Shown here: positions 56,508-64,000 of the stretch, piece by piece | Layout: every line of letters begins with the position of its first letter | Numbering within the stretch: position 1 is the first letter of the stretch | NCBI GenBank assembly: GCA_965277805.1 | Contig: OZ255842.1 | Span: 4,512,001 to 4,576,000, forward strand | Reading direction: 5' to 3' | From: Candidatus Lustribacter sp. | Lineage (GTDB): Bacteria; Vulcanimicrobiota; Vulcanimicrobiia; Vulcanimicrobiales; Vulcanimicrobiaceae | Length of the DNA: 64,000 nucleotides | Notes under the pieces: model-generated | Seen by the model: the letters and a program-made list of their open reading frames with translations, nothing else | Databases searched by the model: none | Told to the model about the DNA's origin: nothing | Program-made: the position numbers and the translations under genes

Positions 56508-58945
56508 AGGAACCGCCGACTCCCTCGCGCGAGGACGAGCGACTCACCGCGCTCGCGGAATATAACCTCCTCGATGCTCCATACGAGGAAGTATTTGACG
56601 CGTTCGCCTGCGTAGCGGCGAAAAGCTGCGGCACGCCGGTTGCCGTCATCGTGCTCGCCAACCGCGACCAAGTGCGGTTCAAGGCGCACTACGGCCTCAA
56701 GAACGTCGATGACACGCCGTTCCACGATTCGTTCACGTCGTACGCGCTGGAGAGCCCGGAGATCCTCGAGGTCCCCGATGCCCGGCTCGACCCGCGCTTC
56801 GCCAAGAGCAAGTACGTGACCGACAACGTCAACGTCACCGGCATGCCGAACCTGGTGTTCTTTGCCGCCGCGCCGCTGATCACGCCGGGCGGCGTTCCGA
56901 TCGGGGCGATCGCGGTCGCCGACGACAAGCCGCACACCCTCACGAATGACCAGCGTGCCGGTTTGCGCGCGATCGCCGACGTGGTGATGGATCAGTTCGA
57001 ACTGCGCCGGCGCATTTCGGCCGACCAGAGCGAAGTGAACGAGCGATTGCAGATGCTCTCGGCCGCGATGGAAGCGACCGAAGAAGCCGTCGTGATCTCG
57101 CGCATCGGTCCGACGGCCGACGACCCGGTCCAGGTGATCTACGCGAACCAAGCCTACCTGCGCAGCAAGGGCGCGACGATGGCCGACGTGATCGGCACGA
57201 ACGCGCGCCAGTTCGTCGGGCCGAAGACCGATACGGCAGTGCTCTATAAGCTGCGCGAAACGCTGTGCCGCGGCGAGGCGGCCCGGGCGGAGTTCGTCAC
57301 CTACCGGCTCGACGGCTCGCACTACTATGCCTCGGCGTCGGCGCAGCCGCTGCTCGGCGAAGACGGCAAGATCCAGCGTTACGTGCTGATGCTGCACGAC
57401 ATCACGGAGTCCGTGCTGCGCGGTGCGGAGCTCGCGATGCAGAACGAGCGCTTGACCTCGCTCACCGCCGTTGCGCGCGGCATCTTCGCGGCGCTCGAAC
57501 CGCACGCGCTGGTCGAAGCGCTGATCGGCGGCGTGCGCGAGCTGATCGGCGCCGAATCGCGTTTGCTCGTCGCGCGGCCCAACGGCGGCTTCGCGCTGAC
57601 CAAAGATCTGCTGGTACCCGACCGTGCCGCATCGGGCGGCGATGCGTTCGTCGAAGCCGCGAGCCGCAGCGAAGGCGCGCTGCTCGACGACGGCGAGCGC
57701 CGCGCGGCGATCCGCATCCCGGGTTCGCTCGGCCAAACGCGCTACATCCTCGACGTGCGCAGCGATCGCCGTCTGCACCAAGCCGACGTCTTCGCGGTCG
57801 GTCTGCTGGGTCAATATTTTGCGGTTGCCGCGCGGAACGTCGAACTCTACGGCGAACTGCAGGCGCGCCGCGCGGCGGTCGTCGAGCTCAATCAAGTCAA
57901 GAACGATCTGATCGCGATGCTCGCGCACGACTTCAAGGGCCCGCTCACCACGATCGTCGGCTTCGCCGACGTGCTCGCCGAAGACGAACGCTTCGATGAG
58001 GAATCGCGCAAGTTCCTAACGATGATCTCATCGAGCGCGATGCGACTGGCCAGCCTCGCGACCGACACGCTCGCGCTCTCGCGTTTGGAGCAGAACGAAC
58101 TCACGCTCGAACTCGAGGAGTTCGATCTGGTGGCGCTGGTGCGCGACATCGTGCGCGTGTTCAGCGTGACGCGCTCGATCGATCTGCGCACCGACCGTCC
58201 CGAACTGCGGATCGGCGGCGATCCGGGGCGCTTGCGTCAGGTCTTCGAGAACCTGATCGGCAACGCGATCAAGTACTCACCGGGCGGCGAAGCGATCGAG
58301 GTCAGCTTGCGCGCGAAGGGCCGCGGCGTCGAAGTCAGCGTACGCGATCGCGGCATCGGCATTCCCGAAGCCGACAAGGCGAAGCTGTTCGGCCGGTTTG
58401 CGCGCGCCCAAAATGCGCGCGCGCTCGGGATCAGCGGTACCGGCTTCGGACTCTATCTCACAAAGACGATCGTCGAGATGCACGGCGGCACGATCAACGT
58501 CGATTCGACCGAAGGCGAAGGGAGCACGTTTCGCACGTTCTTGCCGGCGGCCGTCGCCGCAACGCGCCCGCGGCATCGCCGTTTCATCCTCGTCGAAGCC
58601 GACGGCGATGCGAAATCGTACGTCGCGCATACGCTGCGCGATGACGGCTTCGCCGCAACGGTCGTTGCCGACGGCACCGAAATGCTCGCGACGATCGACG
58701 AACTGCAATTCGATGCCGCGATCGTCGATATCGAACGCGTCGGCATGCCGCTCGAAGAATTCGTGCGCCGCGTCGCCGGCCGCACCGCGCTGATCCGGGT
58801 CGACTCGGCCGCGGTTGACGAAACACCCGGCTGGGACGGCTACATCGTCAAGCCGTTCCTCACCAAAGACTTGCAGGCCGCGATCGAGTCCGCGATCATG
58901 CGCCACCCCAAAATGAAAGCCGAACCCTCCGTAGCTTATAGCTAG
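56504..58945 (+). CDS. GAF-PAS-GAF hybrid sensor histidine kinase with degenerate C-terminal receiver
   Basis: ERLTAL..YNLLD GAF, LAHDFKGPLT H-box, NLIGNAIKYSP, DRGIG and GTGFGL; receiver with AIVD and KPF. Confidence 0.92.
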   Translation: MKEPPTPSREDERLTALAEYNLLDAPYEEVFDAFACVAAKSCGTPVAVIVLANRDQVRFKAHYGLKNVDDTPFHDSFTSYALESPEILEVPDARLDPRFAKSKYVTDNVNVTGMPNLVFFAAAPLITPGGVPIGAIAVADDKPHTLTNDQRAGLRAIADVVMDQFELRRRISADQSEVNERLQMLSAAMEATEEAVVISRIGPTADDPVQVIYANQAYLRSKGATMADVIGTNARQFVGPKTDTAVLYKLRETLCRGEAARAEFVTYRLDGSHYYASASAQPLLGEDGKIQRYVLMLHDITESVLRGAELAMQNERLTSLTAVARGIFAALEPHALVEALIGGVRELIGAESRLLVARPNGGFALTKDLLVPDRAASGGDAFVEAASRSEGALLDDGERRAAIRIPGSLGQTRYILDVRSDRRLHQADVFAVGLLGQYFAVAARNVELYGELQARRAAVVELNQVKNDLIAMLAHDFKGPLTTIVGFADVLAEDERFDEESRKFLTMISSSAMRLASLATDTLALSRLEQNELTLELEEFDLVALVRDIVRVFSVTRSIDLRTDRPELRIGGDPGRLRQVFENLIGNAIKYSPGGEAIEVSLRAKGRGVEVSVRDRGIGIPEADKAKLFGRFARAQNARALGISGTGFGLYLTKTIVEMHGGTINVDSTEGEGSTFRTFLPAAVAATRPRHRRFILVEADGDAKSYVAHTLRDDGFAATVVADGTEMLATIDELQFDAAIVDIERVGMPLEEFVRRVAGRTALIRVDSAAVDETPGWDGYIVKPFLTKDLQAAIESAIMRHPKMKAEPSVAYS

Positions 58946-59313
58946 GGCAGGTATGGTTCGGCGACGTGCGCGGCGAGCACGATCGCGAGCAAGATGAGAA
59001 TGCCGATGTAGAACGGGCGGCGCGGAAACGTCGCTTGTCCCGTGCGCACGGCCGCGAAATACAGGTACTGCAGGTAGCCGCAGAAGCAGAGCGCGGCGAT
59101 CGCGACGACCGCCCCGCCGCGCACGTCGGCGCCGGGGCGCGGAATCCAGAGGCCGTAGACTTGTACCGCCTCGAGCATCACGAAGAGCGCGCACAGCGCC
59201 CACGGCCGAGGCCCGGAAACGGTGCGTACCACGCGCGACGTGCCGATCAGGCCATACGCCGCGAATGCGGCGAAGAGTGCGGTCCCCGCATAGCGGGCGA
59301 TCAGCTCGGTCAT
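58942..59313 (-). CDS. Small integral membrane protein (~4 TM)
   Basis: MTELIARYAGTALFAAFAAYGL... hydrophobic 123-aa ORF filling the gap; the track ORF is over-extended antisense to the SBP gene. Confidence 0.7.
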   Translation of the reverse strand: MTELIARYAGTALFAAFAAYGLIGTSRVVRTVSGPRPWALCALFVMLEAVQVYGLWIPRPGADVRGGAVVAIAALCFCGYLQYLYFAAVRTGQATFPRRPFYIGILILLAIVLAAHVAEPYLP

Positions 59314-59367
59314 CCGGCTGGGCTTCGGGCTGTAGGAAGCCGCTTCCGGCGAGGCGCAACGGTGCTC

Positions 59368-60975
59368 ATGAAACGCCGTTTTGCCGCGCTGCTTGCACTG
59401 GTGCTCGCGGCCACGCTCGCGCCGCCGCAGCCGGCGAGCGCGTACGTACCGCACGTGCTGAACTACGCCGATACGCTCGACATCAACACGCTCAACCCGT
59501 TCATCGCGACGTCGGGCAACATCATCACGCTCTCGGAGTTGACGGCGGCCTATTTCACGCGGCTCGATCCGAAGGGCAATCCGGTACCGGAACTCGTGAC
59601 CGTGATCCCCTCGCAGCAGAACGGCGGCATTAGCCGCGACGGCAAGACGATCACCTGGCACCTGCGCCACAACGTGAAGTGGAGCGACGGCAAGCCGTTC
59701 GACTCGAGCGACGTGACCTATACGTGGCGCGCTGCGCAAGACAAGACTAACAACCTCGCCGTGCGCGACGTCTGGGACCGGCTCGACGCGATCACGGCGC
59801 CGGATAAATACACCGTCGTCTTCAAGTTGAAGGTCCCGTACGCGACGGCGATCGTCGACTATTTCAACACGCAGAGCAATACCGCTATTCTCCCGGCGCA
59901 CATCGTCGGGCCTGGCACGAACTTCAACCAGGCGCCGTACAACTCGCTGCCGGTCGGCGCCGGCCCGTTCCGCTACACGGCGTTCAACCGCGGCGCAACG
60001 GTCGAGATGGAAGCGAATCCCTATTATTTTCGCGGCCTGCCGAAATTGCACAAGATCGTCTACAAGATGATCTCCGACGACAACACCGACATGACGCAGC
60101 TCACCACGGGCGAACTCGATCTGTGGGACACCATCAACGGCACGATGGCTGGGAGCGCCAAAGCGCTGCCGGGCAAGAGCTGGTCGACGCGCCTCAGCTT
60201 CTTCATGTCGGCAATCTTCTTCAACACGGCGCGGCCGCAGCTCAAAGATCCGGCCGTGCGGCGCGCGCTGCGCTTGGCCACGAACCGGCCCTTGATTTTC
60301 GACAAGGTCGTGTTGCGCAACGGCGTGCTGACCGAATCCGTGATTCCGCGCGATACGCACGGTTATCTCGATCTCCCGGTGACGAAGTACGATCCGAAAG
60401 CGGCCGAGGCGATGCTGGATGCGGCCGGCTGGAAGCGCGGGCCCGACGGCGTGCGCCAGAAGAACGGCCTCAAGCTCTCGCTCGAGATCGTCATTCCGAG
60501 CGGCTACGGTCCGAGCGAAACGCTCGCCAATTTACTGCAGAGCGACTACACGAAGATCGGCGTCGCGGCAACGATTCACGCCTATGCCAGCGGCCAGTTC
60601 TTCGGGCCGTACTCGGCCGGCGGCATCGTGCAGACCGGCAAGTTCGACGCGGTGCTGCACTCGCAGTCGCTCGGGCCGGTCTATAGCAACGTCAACGGCG
60701 TGCTGACCTGCAATTCGATCCCGCCCAACGGCTTCAACGAGACGCACTACTGCAACAAGCGCGTCGACCAGCTGAACGAAACCTATTTGGGATCGTACGA
60801 CCGCAGCGTGCAAGACAAAGCCTCGGCCGAGATCCAACGGATCGTCGACAACGACGCGCCGATGATCATGATGTACGAGCGCAATTTCCTGGCCGTCTAT
60901 GATAAGCGCCTAACGGGTTACCACCCCAACTTTTTCTCAAATTGGGGCGGCGACCCATGGAACATCGATATTTAA
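59368..60975 (+). CDS. Peptide ABC transporter substrate-binding protein (family 5)
   Basis: Signal peptide MKRRFAALL; NGGIS.DG.TITWHLR..VKWSDG, PVGAGPF, D..VRRAL and LDAAGW motifs. Confidence 0.93.
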   Translation: MKRRFAALLALVLAATLAPPQPASAYVPHVLNYADTLDINTLNPFIATSGNIITLSELTAAYFTRLDPKGNPVPELVTVIPSQQNGGISRDGKTITWHLRHNVKWSDGKPFDSSDVTYTWRAAQDKTNNLAVRDVWDRLDAITAPDKYTVVFKLKVPYATAIVDYFNTQSNTAILPAHIVGPGTNFNQAPYNSLPVGAGPFRYTAFNRGATVEMEANPYYFRGLPKLHKIVYKMISDDNTDMTQLTTGELDLWDTINGTMAGSAKALPGKSWSTRLSFFMSAIFFNTARPQLKDPAVRRALRLATNRPLIFDKVVLRNGVLTESVIPRDTHGYLDLPVTKYDPKAAEAMLDAAGWKRGPDGVRQKNGLKLSLEIVIPSGYGPSETLANLLQSDYTKIGVAATIHAYASGQFFGPYSAGGIVQTGKFDAVLHSQSLGPVYSNVNGVLTCNSIPPNGFNETHYCNKRVDQLNETYLGSYDRSVQDKASAEIQRIVDNDAPMIMMYERNFLAVYDKRLTGYHPNFFSNWGGDPWNIDI

Positions 60976-60992
60976 AATGTCGGGATGACAAA

Positions 60993-62342
60993 TTATACCG
61001 GGGCTGGGGCGGGCTTCTTCGTGATGAACGGTAAGACGATCGCGATGAGGAGCATGACGGCCATCGGCAGCAGCGCTCCGGAGAACGATCCCGTCTTGTC
61101 CTTGACCGCGCCCGCGATGTAGGGGCCGACTAAGCCGCCGACGCCCCAGGCCGTGATGATGTAACCGTAGTTCTGACCGAGATACTTCGTACCGAAGTAG
61201 TCGGCGTTGAACGACGGCATCGTGCCGAAGCCGCCGCCGTAACACGCCAGAATGATCGCGAAGGCGATCAGCACGGCGGCCACGCTGTGCAAGCCGGAGA
61301 GCACGAAGAAGATCACGACTTGGCACGCGTAGATGCACACCCAGGTCATGTTGCGCCCGATGCGATCGGAAACGGCGCCCCAGAAGAAGCGGCCGAGACC
61401 GTTGAACACCGCGACGAACGCATACGCGCTGATCGCCGTGCCGGTGAGCGCTTTGACCGCGTCGGGATCGGTGACACCCTTCGAGATCAACTCGCGAATG
61501 ATCGGCACCGCGTTCGAGACGATCAGGATGCCGGCGACGACGTTGAGGAACAGCATCAGCCAGAGCAGATAGAGCTGCGGCATGCGCAGCACTTGGGCCG
61601 GCGTATACGAACCTTCATGTGAGGCTGCGGCCGCGGTTGCGCCGGCGACGGTGTAGCCGGCGGGCGGATTCTGCAGCAACATCGCGCACAGGCCGCCGGC
61701 GATCGCATACACGATGCCGCTGACGAGCAGCACTTGCATGATGGCGGCAATATCGGCGGCCGGCATCGCGTGCGCGGCGGCGTCGAACGGCGTTCCGGCA
61801 ACGACCGCTGCCGACTTGGCGTCGGCATATGCGCCCGCATCCTTCGAGGCTTGCACGAATCCGGGCACAGCCTTCAACACGAAGCCGTAGATGAACGCGC
61901 CGAGACCGAAGCCCATCACCACCATGCCGCTGGCGAGACCGCGCTTGTCGGGGAACCATTTCGTAACGGTCGCGACCGGCGTGATGTAGGCCATACCGTT
62001 CCCGAAGCCGCCGATCACGCCATAGGTGAGGTCCCACCACCACACGTCGTGCGGACCGACCGCTGCGAGCAGATTGCCGATTCCCCACAGGACGATGCCG
62101 GTGATGGTGACGTTGCGCGGTCCGACTGAGTCTTGCCAGCGTCCGCCGGCGACCGCGCCGATTCCGATGAAGAAGATCGCTAGACCGAAGACGAGGCTGG
62201 CCTGCGTCGATGACCACCCGAACGAGGCGATCAGGGGTTGCGTGAAGTTACTCCACGCGTAGACCGTACCGGCGAGGATCATTACGAGGACCCCCGCCCA
62301 TGCAATCGCCCAGCGATTGCCGGGTGCCGCTGTATCTGCCAT
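60993..62342 (-). CDS. OFA-family MFS transporter (oxalate/formate, lactate)
   Basis: GTVYAWS, KWFPDKRGLASG, NGLGRFFWG.VSDRIGR and YGGGFG.MP motifs; GGAGG RBS. Confidence 0.92.
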   Translation of the reverse strand: MADTAAPGNRWAIAWAGVLVMILAGTVYAWSNFTQPLIASFGWSSTQASLVFGLAIFFIGIGAVAGGRWQDSVGPRNVTITGIVLWGIGNLLAAVGPHDVWWWDLTYGVIGGFGNGMAYITPVATVTKWFPDKRGLASGMVVMGFGLGAFIYGFVLKAVPGFVQASKDAGAYADAKSAAVVAGTPFDAAAHAMPAADIAAIMQVLLVSGIVYAIAGGLCAMLLQNPPAGYTVAGATAAAASHEGSYTPAQVLRMPQLYLLWLMLFLNVVAGILIVSNAVPIIRELISKGVTDPDAVKALTGTAISAYAFVAVFNGLGRFFWGAVSDRIGRNMTWVCIYACQVVIFFVLSGLHSVAAVLIAFAIILACYGGGFGTMPSFNADYFGTKYLGQNYGYIITAWGVGGLVGPYIAGAVKDKTGSFSGALLPMAVMLLIAIVLPFITKKPAPAPV

Positions 62343-62432
62343 GAGAACGCTCCCTCCAACGAGTCCGGGCCCTGCCTCGGAAGGCAGAGCTAGCTGTTAA
62401 GGGAGACCTTGGTTGCTTGAAAACCAGTTCCT

Positions 62433-62789
62433 CTAGCGGAAGCCTTCAGTGAAGGTTTGTTCCCGGGCAACCGCTAGTAGCCGCGGTCCGAGAGCGATCA
62501 GCAAGAGCAGCGTCATCAGGAAGAACGTGGGATGGACGAAGGCGAGGTGGCCGTGCGGTATCGTCCGGCAGCCGACGTCGGTGAAGGCCATCGCCATGCA
62601 GAAGATGCCGTAACCGAGCTGGAGCCGGTAGTGCGGATCGATGCGCGACCCGAAAAACGACCGCTTGTGCCCCGGCAGTACCCAATAGAGCAGCGGCACG
62701 GCGAGGGCCAGACAGACGCCGCCGGTCACCAGACCGTAGACGATGTTGAACGTTTCGCTGCCTTCGAGAAAACCGAACATCTGCAGCAC
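62433..62789 (-). CDS. Small hypothetical membrane protein
   Basis: Three hydrophobic segments; fills the gap divergent from ilvE. Confidence 0.6.
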   Translation of the reverse strand: MLQMFGFLEGSETFNIVYGLVTGGVCLALAVPLLYWVLPGHKRSFFGSRIDPHYRLQLGYGIFCMAMAFTDVGCRTIPHGHLAFVHPTFFLMTLLLLIALGPRLLAVAREQTFTEGFR

Positions 62790-62835
62790 CGAGTTCGCCG
62801 ACGGAGCGAACCCCTCCGTTGACGAAAAGCGGCGG

Positions 62836-63780
62836 ATGGACGGATCCCTGACGGTATACGCGAACGGCGGCTTCTGCCGTTACGACGAGGCCAAGATCGG
62901 CCTCATGACCCACGCGCTGCACTACGGCACCGGGTGCTTCGAGGGCGTGCGTGGCTTCTGGTCGACGCACGATGAGGAGCTCTATCTCTTCCAGCTCGAG
63001 GATCATTACGAGCGCCTTCACGCCTCGTCCAAGATCATCATGATGAAGGTGCCGCATACGGTCGCGGAACTGGTGAAGATCACGACCGAACTGTGCGCGC
63101 GCAACAACTTCCGTCACGACGTCTACGTGCGGCCGCTGATGTACAAGTCGAACGAAGAGATCGGCGTGCGCCTGCACGATGTGCGCGACGCGCTGGCGAT
63201 CGTCGCGATGCCGTTCGACCGCTACTTCGATGCCACCGCCGGTTTGAATTGCACGGTGAGCGCCTGGCGGCGCATCGACGATACGACCGCGCCCGCACGC
63301 GCCAAAGTCACCGGGGTGTACATCAACTCCGCGCTCGCCAAGAGCGAGGCGATCCTCAACGGCTACGACGAGGCGATCCTGCTCTCGGCCGACGGTCACG
63401 TTTCCGAAGGCAGCGCCGAGAACATCTTCATCGTGAAGAAGGGCGTGATCTACACGCCGGACGCCTCGCAGAACATCCTCGAAGGCTGCACCCGCAAAAC
63501 GCTGATGACGCTGGCCGACGCCGAACTCGGGCTGACGGTCGTGGAACGCGCGATCGATCGCAGCGAACTCTTCACTGCGGATGAAGTGTTCATCAGCGGC
63601 AGCGCCGCCGGCTTACAATTCGTTCGCGCCGTCGATCATCGCATCGTCGGCGACGGCACGCAGGGTCCGATCGCGACGAAGCTCGCCGACCTCTACGACA
63701 AGGTCGTGCGCGGCGCGCTGCCGACCTACCATCCGTGGCTCACGCGCACGTACGGCAGCCGCAAACCCGCCGCGGTGTAA
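62836..63780 (+). CDS. ilvE: Branched-chain amino acid aminotransferase
   Basis: HALHYGTGCFEG, YVRP, AKVTG.Y, SEGSAENIF, ILEGCTR and DEVF motifs. Confidence 0.95.
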   Translation: MDGSLTVYANGGFCRYDEAKIGLMTHALHYGTGCFEGVRGFWSTHDEELYLFQLEDHYERLHASSKIIMMKVPHTVAELVKITTELCARNNFRHDVYVRPLMYKSNEEIGVRLHDVRDALAIVAMPFDRYFDATAGLNCTVSAWRRIDDTTAPARAKVTGVYINSALAKSEAILNGYDEAILLSADGHVSEGSAENIFIVKKGVIYTPDASQNILEGCTRKTLMTLADAELGLTVVERAIDRSELFTADEVFISGSAAGLQFVRAVDHRIVGDGTQGPIATKLADLYDKVVRGALPTYHPWLTRTYGSRKPAAV

Positions 63781-63783
63781 AAC

Positions 63784-64000
63784 CTAAACAGTCGCCCTTG
63801 CGGCCAAACGCGCGGCCATCTCCGCTGCCGCGGTCGATTCGAGACGGCCGCCGGCCGCAAGCAAATCGCCTAGCCGTTCGGCGGAAAGCTGCGCGCGCAG
63901 ATCCGCGAACATCGTGTCGCGCAACGATTTGGAGACGGTCTCGCGCCGGATGCCGAACGACTGGAACGCGGAGTCTGCGAAGCCCATGAGACGCGCGGCG
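63784..64000 (-). CDS. C-terminus of a STAND/TPR-type regulator (partial, enters from window edge)
   Basis: AARLMGFAD......RRE....LR......LRAQLSAERL..LLAAG resembles the C-terminus of the 26843-29329 protein (AASLLGYV...RE......IRAALPEERISALMAEG). Confidence 0.6.
   Translation of the reverse strand, partial: AARLMGFADSAFQSFGIRRETVSKSLRDTMFADLRAQLSAERLGDLLAAGGRLESTAAAEMAARLAARATV

Noticed and set aside
58942-60360. 472-aa minus ORF and 669-aa plus ORF as full-length genes
   Set aside because: Mutual antisense extensions; the real genes start at 59313 (-) and 59368 (+).
1-64000. tRNA, rRNA, CRISPR array, intact integrase/transposase, phage or defence genes
   Set aside because: None recognised by eye in any intergenic region or ORF. 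tRNAscan, CRISPR finders and DefenseFinder were not run, so small elements could be missed.

Overview
High-GC bacterial chromosomal window. The likely lineage is a diderm Terrabacteria group such as Eremiobacterota/WPS-2; this is inferred from tamB, a DnaK lacking the diderm-type N-terminal insert, an actinobacterial/Firmicutes-type LexA box and lineage-typical orphan substrate-binding proteins. The left ~34 kb is accessory. It starts with a translationally coupled PLP enzyme + 2OG-Fe(II) oxygenase pair at the left edge. Next is a dnaK-grpE-dnaJ/aldo-keto reductase block bracketed by two diverged copies of one membrane-protein gene, the left copy broken. Then follows a visibly more AT-rich ~22 kb detoxification/redox island: two epoxide hydrolases, a VOC protein, an MBL hydrolase, 2 histidine kinases + 3 response regulators, a catalase-like peroxidase, a DipZ-like thioredoxin, an HTH-STAND-TPR regulator, DUF2182, three tandem DUF899 genes and YciI. 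The right ~30 kb is core-like: an SOS-boxed orphan imuA, crp-family regulator, tamB, an M16 peptidase pair, qor, an SDR/PaaA-like di-iron/thioesterase/SBP operon, pnp-rpsO, Rieske ferredoxin, fni, pfpI, NAPRTase, polX, a hybrid kinase, a peptide SBP, an OFA MFS transporter and ilvE. No rRNA, tRNA, CRISPR array or intact transposase/integrase was recognised. The best candidates for undescribed biology are: (i) the HTH-STAND-TPR regulator with paired GGCAC 11-bp direct repeats upstream of a secreted protein and the DUF2182/3xDUF899/YciI operon; (ii) the stand-alone PaaA-like epoxidase operon; (iii) the PLP/2OG pair; (iv) the repeat-bounded chaperone cassette. All family calls come from motif recognition by eye; no searches were run.
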